DNA of 64,000 nt, taken from an uncultured delta proteobacterium (GTDB taxonomy: Bacteria > Desulfobacterota > Desulfobacteria > Desulfobacterales > SG8-13). A program made the position numbers and the translations under genes. Below the pieces are notes generated by a model that did not search any database, was not told the DNA's origin, and saw only the letters and a program-made list of their open reading frames with translations. The stretch spans positions 1,086,538 to 1,150,537 of the forward strand of contig CAWKCK010000017.1 of NCBI GenBank assembly GCA_963848135.1, given 5' to 3'. This document shows positions 10,941-19,777 of the stretch, piece after piece (the first letter of the stretch is position 1; every line of letters begins with the position of its first letter).

Positions 10941-11990
10941 TCAGTTCTGCTCTTCGCCGATCCAGTGCACCAACATATTGTAACCTACTGAAAGAACGAT
11001 GGCTCCGGTGAACAGCCCGATCAAGCCGGAGAAGATAAATCCACCGATGGCGCCGAGGAAGATGACCAGCATTGGCACGGTGGAACCTTTTCCCATCAGC
11101 AGCGGTTTCAGTACATTGTCGGATAGGGCGATGGCCAGCAGCGGGATCGCCCACAGGATAGCCGGCGGCAGCTCATTTACCGAAAAGAGATAAATGATGA
11201 CCGGTAAGATGACAATGACTGTAGGCAATTGAAGAATGGCAAAAACCAGGACAGCAAAGGCCCAGAGTCCTGCAAGAGGTACATTCGCCAACACAAACAC
11301 CGTACCGGCTGTAAGAAACTGAAAGAAGGCAACCCCGAGGATGCCTTTGGCGACATTCTTGACGGTTACGCCTGTGATAGATATCATTTCATCGCTGCGT
11401 TCTCCGGCCAGACGACGGATCAGTTTGCGCGCAAAAGCGGCCGAAGCATCGGCTTTGACAAGGAATGCGCCGGCGATGATCACCGAGACGAAAAACATGA
11501 TGAGGCTCTTCCCGGCACCGCCCAGTGGCCCGAGAATTGTCATGCCCAGTTTCGACAGAGGTTCCCTGTAGGTCGTGATAGCCGATTCCAGGCTCTGGGA
11601 GGCTAGCAACCATACTTGGGAAATAGGTTTTCCGATCAGGGGCCATCCCGCCACAGACGGGTCGGGAGGAGGGATAACAAGGGTCTGGTCCCTGAACTGG
11701 ATGGTCAGGCTTTGTATCCCTTCAAACAGCGATTTGATGAGCCAGGCGGTTGGCAGCAGGAGGATGACGAGCATCAGTAGGATCAACAGGACCCCTGCCA
11801 GCATATTCCTGTTCCCCACCCAGCGTTTTACCATCCCAAAGAAGGGGTGCAGGCCGATGGCGATGATGGCACCCCAGATCACGGTCTCGAGGAAGGGGAA
11901 GATGATCCCGATGCACCAGGCAATGAGCAGGAAAAGCACGACGATCCTGAGAATGGTGTCGATTAAAGGCGTTTTAACGGTTTGGTTCAT
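10941..11990 (-). CDS. AI-2E family transporter
   Basis: 349-aa polytopic protein; DNVLKPLLMG...GAIGGF...GLFTGA signature. Confidence 0.9.
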   Translation of the reverse strand: MNQTVKTPLIDTILRIVVLFLLIAWCIGIIFPFLETVIWGAIIAIGLHPFFGMVKRWVGNRNMLAGVLLILLMLVILLLPTAWLIKSLFEGIQSLTIQFRDQTLVIPPPDPSVAGWPLIGKPISQVWLLASQSLESAITTYREPLSKLGMTILGPLGGAGKSLIMFFVSVIIAGAFLVKADASAAFARKLIRRLAGERSDEMISITGVTVKNVAKGILGVAFFQFLTAGTVFVLANVPLAGLWAFAVLVFAILQLPTVIVILPVIIYLFSVNELPPAILWAIPLLAIALSDNVLKPLLMGKGSTVPMLVIFLGAIGGFIFSGLIGLFTGAIVLSVGYNMLVHWIGEEQN

Positions 11991-12052
11991 ACGCTAACCT
12001 CTAACTTTCTTGAACTTGACGCTCCGGCAGAGATCAAAATCACATTGTTCCC

Positions 12053-12128
12053 TTGAGCAAGTTCGGCGTCGCCGATCAGAAGATCTATTTGAAGTTGACG
12101 CCGAAATTGCAAAAAGGGCCATTTACAA
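12053..12128. repeat. Palindromic remnant related to the MITE-like repeat family
   Basis: Arms GCAAGTTCGGCGTC / GACGCCGAAATTGC followed by AAAAGGGCCATTTA, resembling the end of the element at 57631. Confidence 0.4.
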
Positions 12129-12151
12129 TTGTTATTCGAACTTTCTCCCAT

Positions 12152-13318
12152 CTACCCGAGCCGCACGCCTTCTGTCTCGAGCCCGCCTCCCTCAGCCAAC
12201 TTGCTCCAGCTCTTTCTTTCCCACTCCTCCTCGAGCCATTCCCTCACCCCCTGCTCCAGGAACTCCGGCGCCGCCCACTCGTCCACATCGAAGTCGTTCT
12301 TAATATAGCCATGGCTAAGCATGAAATCCTTGCCGATCTTAATGCACTGCAAATTCTTGGTATTTAAACTCGGCACCATATCGACGTGTTTGATGCCCTC
12401 GTATGTATCCTCGGGGTCCAGGTAGAAGGTCTGCCGGTTGAGGAGCACCGCTGCAGCGCGCTTGTGCTCGTTCGCCCAGCGCCCGACCTTGACCATGGCC
12501 TTCATGTAGGCGACGACAACCTCGGGATGCTCCTTAGCCATCACGTCGGTGCAGGTGATGACAGCGGGGGTGTTGGCAACCTGCACGGTCCAGTCCGGGT
12601 ACCGGGTCAGGTCCTCGATCATCTTGATCTTGCCTGTAGCCTCCTGCAGGTGTTGGAAGACCTTGCTCTGGGTGTAGATCGCATCGACGGTGCCATCCAG
12701 GAGCGCCGTTTCCAGAGGACGAAACGCCAGGTCGCGCTTGTGGTCACGGCGCATCCACAGTTCAGACGGGTTGTTCATCGGCGGGACCAGCATCTCGGGT
12801 TTATCATACCAGTCATCCGGGTACGGGAACTCCACGAGTTCCACATCATCCATGGTCATGTCGTTCAGCATCAGCATGTTCTCAATGCCCATGTGTTCCT
12901 GGATGCGCCACCAGTCGTTCTTGATGGTGTTCAGGCTCTTCGAGATACCGATCTTCTTGCCTTTCAGATCCTTCATCCGGAAGATCTTGTCGGCGGCGCG
13001 CACCGCCATGCAGCCGCCTTCGTAGACCCACGTCGCTCCCAGCAGCACGGTACGGCGGATGTCCGCGTGGACATGGATTGGGGGATACAGGCCGCCGAAG
13101 CGGATGAGGTTGTCGAGGTTGTGGATGTAGTGCGGGTACCAGTTGTTCTCGGGTGCGCGGCGGAAGTAGGCGTACTCAACACCGATCTTCTTGAACTCCT
13201 CGCGGCACCACCCCAATTCCTGATCGACGTTGTTGGCGGATACCATGGGGCAGTTGGTGAACCACACCTCTTTCCAGTTCAATGGTACTGTCGTACTTAC
13301 TCTTTTCTGTTGCGTCAT
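12152..13318 (-). CDS. DszB-like (SsuA/THI5 periplasmic-binding-protein fold) protein without signal peptide
   Basis: FTNCP (Cys23), His63, IRFGG (Arg73), DLKGKKIGIS; no signal peptide and no ABC partners nearby. Confidence 0.7.
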   Translation of the reverse strand: MTQQKRVSTTVPLNWKEVWFTNCPMVSANNVDQELGWCREEFKKIGVEYAYFRRAPENNWYPHYIHNLDNLIRFGGLYPPIHVHADIRRTVLLGATWVYEGGCMAVRAADKIFRMKDLKGKKIGISKSLNTIKNDWWRIQEHMGIENMLMLNDMTMDDVELVEFPYPDDWYDKPEMLVPPMNNPSELWMRRDHKRDLAFRPLETALLDGTVDAIYTQSKVFQHLQEATGKIKMIEDLTRYPDWTVQVANTPAVITCTDVMAKEHPEVVVAYMKAMVKVGRWANEHKRAAAVLLNRQTFYLDPEDTYEGIKHVDMVPSLNTKNLQCIKIGKDFMLSHGYIKNDFDVDEWAAPEFLEQGVREWLEEEWERKSWSKLAEGGGLETEGVRLG

Positions 13319-13350
13319 GAATCAGCTCCTTATCGATTGAAATTCAAAGT

Positions 13351-13719
13351 TTAAAGCAAGGTCCGACCGCCTGAATACTCCTGATTGATTACTTTTCCGA
13401 TGCCAGATACGCCAGGCGCCTCTCCTATGGGAGCAAAGCCGATAAGCATCGCTCCCATGATCGCGGAAATGGGGGCATCCGAACTTCCCACGACATGGGG
13501 CGAGCTGGGGAAGAGGGCAAATATGGCCAGTGGAATAATGCCCGCATAGAGGCCAAACACCGGAGGCAATCCGGCCACCTGCGCGTATCCGATATTGAGG
13601 GGAATGATCAATGCCGCCAGGGTGATGCCGGCTGAAATCTCGTTGGGCAAATTTGCCCGCGTCATTCCGCGCAAACCTGAAAAAACCGCGGGCCACTGGT
13701 ACCTGCGTGGCTTAGGCAT
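13351..13719 (-). pseudogene. SulP anion permease, N-terminal fragment
   Basis: AGITLAALIIPLNIGYAQVAGLPPVFGLYA motif; stops after ~100 homologous aa. Confidence 0.85.
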
Positions 13720-13847
13720 GCAATTCTTCTCCTTTTGTTGGCGCGTTTATCCGGTTTGCGCGGCAAACTGACGGGCATCGTTTCCTCAAACCGTCAAGCA
13801 TCATCGCCTCATACGCCTGGCCACGACCATCTATCTTGGAGCGAAGA

Positions 13848-14375
13848 TCACTGGCCGTCTCTCTTCATGAACAATAAAGCCAATAACTTGCCCTCTCCAC
13901 CCAGGGCACGACCCACCTCCCTCAAGGCGAAAAAGGGGATAAACGCCGCGAAGATGACCAAGCCCCCGGCGAGTACTTCGTAGGGTCCCTTTCCAAGGAA
14001 CTCCATGACACCTTCCACGGCCCCCTTGCCCTTTATCAGGCCTTTGATGGCATGTTCGATGAAGACAAAGATGCCGACAAAGAGAGTGAAAATAGCCGTC
14101 TTTAGAAGGGTGGGGAAAATCAAAGGCCTGTGTTCAAGGCCGCGACCGAGGTGGAGTACATCGCCGATCATGATGACTTTGGCAAAAATAAAGGCTTCGA
14201 TCAGGGCCACCCCGTATTCGGTGTAGGTAATACCAACGTCGGCGAGAATGAGCCTGCGGTACTGGGTGAACGCCGCGAAAACCAGGGATAGATAGCCGAC
14301 AAAGACCCAATACACCTTCATTTCATGGAGTAGTTTTTTCTTCAGGTTCCCTTTGTTTTCGTCAGGGTTGTTCAT
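13848..14375 (-). CDS. Conserved hypothetical membrane protein (4 TM)
   Basis: 175 aa with four hydrophobic segments; RBS present. Confidence 0.75.
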   Translation of the reverse strand: MNNPDENKGNLKKKLLHEMKVYWVFVGYLSLVFAAFTQYRRLILADVGITYTEYGVALIEAFIFAKVIMIGDVLHLGRGLEHRPLIFPTLLKTAIFTLFVGIFVFIEHAIKGLIKGKGAVEGVMEFLGKGPYEVLAGGLVIFAAFIPFFALREVGRALGGEGKLLALLFMKRDGQ

Positions 14376-14494
14376 GTTCTACACCTCTCTCTATACCCGA
14401 CATTACCCCTTCACGAGTGAACCGTATTATGTTTAAAACTATCTGCATGAAGAGACTTAAACCTAGATTGAGCGGTTTCCCGCCCAGTTTCGGT

Positions 14495-16201
14495 TCAATA
14501 AATCAATTCTCCCAGAGAGTACATCGCGCGTGACAGCATGCCGCCGGAGATATTTCGAGCGTTGAACCCGTTTTGTACAAGGATGCGCGTCGCGTAATAG
14601 GCGCGCTGGGCCGAACGGCAGATGATATGGATCTCGCGGTCGCGGGGAAGCTCATCGAGGCGCGCGCGGAGCTGGCCCATGGGGATGTTGACCGCGCCCG
14701 GCACGCTCTCCACGGCCAGTTCCACCGGCTCGCGCACGTCCAGGAGGAAGGCTCCGTCCAATGAATCCCAGTGGCTGAGCGGCATGTCGCCCCGCAGGAC
14801 ATTGGCGGCGACCATTCCGGCGAAGTTGACCGGGTCCTTGGCGCTGCCGAACTGGGGCGCGTAGCACAGCTCGGCTTCTTCGAGGTCGTAGATTGTCGCA
14901 CCCATCTGAATTGCCATTGCCAGGGCGCTGATGCGCTTGTCCACCGCCGGGCCGTCCTGGCCCAACGCCTGCGCGCCGAGGACTTTCCCGTTGGATTTCC
15001 GGAAAATGACCTTCAAGCCGAGCATCTTGGCGCCCGGGTAGTACCCGGCGTGTGAATTCGGGAACAGGAATATCTTTTCGTAGTCCGTGTCGCCGAGCTG
15101 TTTGAGCGTTTTTTCGCTGATGCCGGTCCAGGCGGCGGCACCACCAAACAGCCCGATAATCGAGGTGCCTTGAGTGCCCCGGTAGCGGGAGTCGCGTCCG
15201 GCGATCACGTCGGCCGCTATGCGGCCTTGCCGGTTCGCCGGCCCGGCAAGAGCAATGAGGCTCCACTGACCGGTCCCGAAGTCCTTGACCTCGACGGCGT
15301 CGCCGACGGCAAAGATGTCCGGGTCGCTGGTGATCATATGCTCATTGACGCGGATGCCGCCGCGTTCACCGATCGTGAGGCCGGCCGTCTTGGCCAGGGC
15401 GGTGTCCGGCCGCACGCCGATGGCGAGAATCACGATGTCCGCCGGATATGTTTTCCCTGAACTCGTCTGAACCTCGATCGCGCCACCTTCCAACTGCTTG
15501 AAACCGACCACGCCGTCGTTGGCGGCAACCTGCACGCCATGCCTTTTTATATGGCCCTGGACGAGGACCGCGATCTCCGGATCCAGGGGGGACAGGACGT
15601 GATCGGGCTTCTGGATGAGGGTCACGTCGAACCCGATGTGAATCAGGTTCTCCGCCGTCTCGAGACCGATGAAACCGCCGCCCACCACCACCGCCCGCCG
15701 CACGGGTTTGACCATCTGGATACCCGAGTACCTGGACATCCCGGTAAGATACGTCGTGCCGCATTCGATCCACTCCCGGATCGTCCGCGCGTCAGGCACG
15801 GTCCGGACATGAAATATCCCCGGAAGATCGATTCCGGGCAGGGGCGGATGAACCGAGGCCGCCCCAGGCGACAATACCAGCTTGTCGTAGGACTCGGTCG
15901 TGACCTCGCCGGTCTCGGTGTTGCGCAGGTCCACGGTTTTATTCTTCGGCGAAATGGAAACCGCCTCGCAGTTGGTCCGCACGTCGATCGCGAAGTGCTC
16001 GCGGAACAGCTGCTCGCTCGCCACAAGAAGGCTCGACTCTTTTTCGATCACCCCTCCGACGTAGTAAGGCAATCCGCAGTTCGCGTACGAAACGTACGGT
16101 CCGCGCTCGACCATGAGGATTTCCGCATTTTCATCCAACCGGCGCAGGCGCGCCGCACACGATGCGCCGCCGGCCACTCCGCCAACGATGATGATTTTCA
16201 T
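14495..16201 (-). CDS. CoA-disulfide/persulfide reductase with C-terminal rhodanese domain (CoADR-RHD, Npsr-like)
   Basis: GGVAGG FAD motif, SYANCGLPY redox Cys, GGGFIG, YAPQF, rhodanese CRSAQR. Confidence 0.9.
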   Translation of the reverse strand: MKIIIVGGVAGGASCAARLRRLDENAEILMVERGPYVSYANCGLPYYVGGVIEKESSLLVASEQLFREHFAIDVRTNCEAVSISPKNKTVDLRNTETGEVTTESYDKLVLSPGAASVHPPLPGIDLPGIFHVRTVPDARTIREWIECGTTYLTGMSRYSGIQMVKPVRRAVVVGGGFIGLETAENLIHIGFDVTLIQKPDHVLSPLDPEIAVLVQGHIKRHGVQVAANDGVVGFKQLEGGAIEVQTSSGKTYPADIVILAIGVRPDTALAKTAGLTIGERGGIRVNEHMITSDPDIFAVGDAVEVKDFGTGQWSLIALAGPANRQGRIAADVIAGRDSRYRGTQGTSIIGLFGGAAAWTGISEKTLKQLGDTDYEKIFLFPNSHAGYYPGAKMLGLKVIFRKSNGKVLGAQALGQDGPAVDKRISALAMAIQMGATIYDLEEAELCYAPQFGSAKDPVNFAGMVAANVLRGDMPLSHWDSLDGAFLLDVREPVELAVESVPGAVNIPMGQLRARLDELPRDREIHIICRSAQRAYYATRILVQNGFNARNISGGMLSRAMYSLGELIY

Positions 16202-16328
16202 TGTCTTATCTCCTTTTGATTTGATTTTCTGGATCGCGAAGGCTGCTTGAATTAACCTTTTATCTCCCTCTCACTTTCACGGTTTCGAGGTGAAGCGATT
16301 TTTCCAATGGAGGGTGAAGGCCGTATCT

Positions 16329-16608
16329 TCATCTCGCGTGGCTTCGTTCCTTTTCGATGGTCTCAATACCCGTCGAACTCGAGATGGTATCGAACCTGAT
16401 CTCGGACTGTCTGAGTGCCATCTCCAAGACCAGGAGCAGGTTGCGATATTCTTCTGAACGCAGGTGCCGTTCCAAGGCCTCCTCGTCCAACCACATTTCC
16501 TGGATCATGATGACGTTCTCTTCGGCCAGGTCTCTGAATATTCTGGAGCTGAGGCAGCCAGGCTGGTCTCGGCACTGCTCAACGATGGGTCTTAGGATTT
16601 TCAAAGCC
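16329..16608 (-). pseudogene. Antibiotic-biosynthesis-monooxygenase (ABM) domain protein; 5' end replaced by IS110 DNA
   Basis: QPGCLSSRIFRD...EMW...LERHLRSEEYR; the tracked N-terminus MACLSF is antisense IS sequence. Confidence 0.65.
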
Positions 16609-17146
16609 TCGAACGAAAGGCACGCCAACGATTGTTAGCCTTTTTACTGCGGCATGGCTATCAATAAAGTGGTAAGAGACACTGGACCAATGGTTTTTAT
16701 AATTGGCTGGCAACAATCAAGTTCTCTCACCCAGCGCAGCATATTGCTCTCCAGGAGTATATCGATACGGCAAATGAATGTAGCTATAGAGTCAAACGGA
16801 TCACCCAACAAATACAAGCGCATGTTGAGCGGTAGAGCCGGGCACCGTTTGTTAAAGCTTATCAAGCCTTGAATTGCATAAGATACTTATTTCCCGCTTC
16901 CCTGAAGAGGTGTGACTACGGAAAAGAGAATCCTCGTTTCTGCTATGGGAATATAAAACTCCCGCTAATAGAGAGAGGCAGCTCCGCAACGAACCTAAGT
17001 CATGCGGCAACCAACCCAGCGTATATCAGCATGATCATCCGTCGCTAAAAAGTCGTGTCTTCTCAGGGAGCAGGGAGGATAAATATGCCCGATGTCAATA
17101 TAGGGATGGATCAGTATTTTCTAATTGACACTTTCAAACATATCAG
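16607..17146 (+). mobile_element. IS110-family remnant: internal transposase fragment plus noncoding right end
   Basis: KARQRLLAFLLRHGYQ*SGKRHWTNGFYNWLATIKFSHPAQHIALQEYID... with two stops, followed by GAGAATCCTCG...GCGGCAACCAACCCAGCGTATATCAGCATGATCATCCGTCG...TTGACA..CATATCAG. Confidence 0.7.
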
Positions 17147-17385
17147 CAGGTAAATTGACTCTGAACTGATTTCTGGCTCGCCGGAGAAATCTGAAATAAT
17201 TAGATATGGAAATATTTTTGATTACCAAACGATATACGTAATAATTTACGATTTTTTCTTCATAGCCGTAAGCCAAAAATCAGGATAATTGTGGGTTGCT
17301 CGTACCTAATATGAAAGGCACTTTCCGATTTCAGCATGAATGACTTTTTGTACCTAAATTTATGCTATTCCATCCGATATCGAAA

Positions 17386-18570
17386 CTATTTAAATCCCGG
17401 GGGGGCTTTGGCCCAGGGATAGCCTTTTATGGCCAATTGATATCCCAGATCAAAGAGTTTGCCCATAAACACCGGATCGAAGACTTCATTAGGCTTCAGA
17501 TCAAAATCTTCCGGGATGTAGGCCAGATTGAAGTCAATTCCATCACGCCGACAGTCGAGATAAATCCGGTACATATCCCCAATGCCCTGAGTCCGGATGA
17601 GAGAACTGATTGATGTGCTGGCAATGGGCTTAATCTTGGGTTTCACCGTTTCCCATTCGGGTTTAAGATATGAATTGCGTATCACGTAGACCCTGGGGCT
17701 TCCTTTAACCTCGAGCTTCTGGGCGATAACCCTCCAATCGAGATCAGCCGGGTAGAGAAACACTTGCGAGGCAGTTCCACCATCCACATGCATTTCATCA
17801 TAGCGCTTGCCGTCGGCCTCGACCTCGATTAGTACCGGGGGAAAGGCCACCGGTATGGACGCAGAGGCCAGAACGATGTTGTGGATCAACTCCAGGGCAC
17901 CAGGCTGGCCACTAGAAGAGATAAGACCGATGTTCCAGATAACCGCCCGCTGGGCATCGAGGTTCGTTGTCCCGATCCACAACCTGCGTCCCTTTTTATA
18001 CTCGGTGGCAATGGCCTCCATGACCTCCTGGTTAATGTATTTGGCGAGCATTTTCCGCAACGGTTTCGTGTCGGCGGCCGAGGTTCCGGTAAGGGTCGCC
18101 AGAATGTTGCGTTTAATCAAGAGATCCTTGGTGGAATAGGTCGTGTACATCTCCTTGATTTGATCATCGTATGCCGGACCGAGAAATGCCAAGGGCGCCA
18201 AAATGGCACCGGTGCTGATACCAGTGACCATGGTAAAGTCGGGTCGGGTTCCGGATGCGGACCACCCGACCAGCAGTCCGGCCCCGAAAGCACCTTCCGC
18301 CCCACCGCCGGATATCGCCAGGTAGTTATGTTCTCGCCCAAAAACGCCGGAAAAGGTTTGCATCAGATTTTCGCGTGGCTGACCGGCAATCGTTTCGGCA
18401 AACGGCGGGGATTCATCGCCCCAGAATTTGGCCTCCGGGATACCGGGAATCTGGGACGTCTCGCCGAATTCTTTCGGTAAGGGTTTGCGAATCGGTACCG
18501 TTCCGCAACTGCTCAACAAAAACGCAATCGAAATGAATACGAATAGAAGCAGTGATAGTTTAGTTTTCAT
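17386..18570 (-). CDS. Patatin-like phospholipase lipoprotein
   Basis: LSSC lipobox, SGGG, GISTG, DGG. Confidence 0.9.
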   Translation of the reverse strand: MKTKLSLLLFVFISIAFLLSSCGTVPIRKPLPKEFGETSQIPGIPEAKFWGDESPPFAETIAGQPRENLMQTFSGVFGREHNYLAISGGGAEGAFGAGLLVGWSASGTRPDFTMVTGISTGAILAPLAFLGPAYDDQIKEMYTTYSTKDLLIKRNILATLTGTSAADTKPLRKMLAKYINQEVMEAIATEYKKGRRLWIGTTNLDAQRAVIWNIGLISSSGQPGALELIHNIVLASASIPVAFPPVLIEVEADGKRYDEMHVDGGTASQVFLYPADLDWRVIAQKLEVKGSPRVYVIRNSYLKPEWETVKPKIKPIASTSISSLIRTQGIGDMYRIYLDCRRDGIDFNLAYIPEDFDLKPNEVFDPVFMGKLFDLGYQLAIKGYPWAKAPPGFK

Positions 18571-18669
18571 CAATCACCTCACTTAAATATTGTTTGCCAA
18601 GCTCCTGTCATGAAGACGGAATAATATAGATCCTAAGAAAAACATATTGGGAAAATGGTTTATTGGTTG

Positions 18670-18768
18670 CAGTGCAGCAAGTTCGTCTGTCGTCTCTGCT
18701 TTCTGCGCTAACACCAGCAGCGGAAGAGCGGTGCAACCAAGAATGCTGAGTCATTTCAGCAGGTTCAC
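18670..18768 (-). pseudogene. 5' remnant of a paralog of the multiheme selenocytochrome gene
   Basis: VNLLK*LSILGCTALPLLVLAQKAETTDELAAL aligns with MNFLKLLSIILCIALPLPAFAQKAKTIDELSAM (start 30005); same GGAGGG RBS. Confidence 0.75.
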
Positions 18769-19733
18769 AATCCCTCCACCTTTTTCCATGTACCGTCAGG
18801 ATTGAAGAGCGTCATGGTCTGCGCCGCTGTCTCGGTGTTCTGCCCCAAGTCCTTCTGGTAAATCACTCCCTCGTGATTCACGATAAAGGTCATGATGCCT
18901 GAAGACGCATACGTGGCAGGATAGGCCACCATGGCAAATCCTCCGATCATCTTTCCATTTACCATGTAGTCATAAGCGCCACCCGCAGCATCCATTCCCT
19001 GGCCCTTTAGAATCCTGTAATAATAGCCGTAATATGGAATGGGTTGGTCACCACTGGACTCGACGTTGTATCCCTTTTCCTGGGCCGCGGCAAATAGGGG
19101 ACCCAGGGGACTCTGATTTTCACCTTCTTTCGCCTCCCAGTACAGGCCGTTCTTCATCCCCTCGTCACTTTTGATTTTCTGAGCATATTGCAAATTTCCA
19201 TCGGCGTCCCAGTGTTTGAATGCATATTCCCGCTGAGCATCCACATAAGCCAGGCAGACCTGGATGGCATTCAGTTCATTGCGTCCGATCCTGCGTGCCA
19301 GGATTTCCTCTCTGCCTTCCTCGGCGTCAAAACGCCATAGGCCGTCCTTTTTAACCAGGGGAATGGCAAAGGGCCAATCCTCGTTTCCAATAGAGAGAAC
19401 CACCGTGTCGTCGGTTTGTTCCAACCGGCTTTTCTCGCCATACAATTTGAGAAATCGCTCGCGTTCCAATTGATCCGCTACCGGGTCGCCGGATGATAGC
19501 AGATCCGCGCTGCCGGAACCGAAAATCGCCTCCAGAGCCTTTTGGTCCTTTGATACCAGGGCATCCGTCATGGCCCTGACCGCTTCCTCGGGAGAAGTGA
19601 ATGTCCGCTGTTTCACGGTCTGCGCCAGGGATAGTTCAGACACCGCCAAAGCAATAAACATGGCGGCCATAAGAATCGCCCCACAGCGTTTCAACCAAAG
19701 ATTTCTTTCTGTCTTATTGATCTGTAGCATCAT
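18765..19733 (-). CDS. DUF2950 family exported protein
   Basis: WPFAIPL, RRIGRNEL, YVDAQREY, PYYGYYYRIL; directly follows DUF3300. Confidence 0.88.
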   Translation of the reverse strand: MMLQINKTERNLWLKRCGAILMAAMFIALAVSELSLAQTVKQRTFTSPEEAVRAMTDALVSKDQKALEAIFGSGSADLLSSGDPVADQLERERFLKLYGEKSRLEQTDDTVVLSIGNEDWPFAIPLVKKDGLWRFDAEEGREEILARRIGRNELNAIQVCLAYVDAQREYAFKHWDADGNLQYAQKIKSDEGMKNGLYWEAKEGENQSPLGPLFAAAQEKGYNVESSGDQPIPYYGYYYRILKGQGMDAAGGAYDYMVNGKMIGGFAMVAYPATYASSGIMTFIVNHEGVIYQKDLGQNTETAAQTMTLFNPDGTWKKVEGL

Positions 19734-19777
19734 AGCTATTTCCTCCGTTCAAAATCGGCTGAGTGGTTCCAGGTCGG

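Noticed and set aside
16900..17146. Group II intron domain V/VI
   Set aside because: No domain V consensus seen; adjacency to an IS110 transposase fragment explains it better.
18751..18753. In-frame TGA as a second selenocysteine codon
   Set aside because: Aligns to Leu (TTG) in a signal peptide of a truncated remnant; it is a nonsense mutation.
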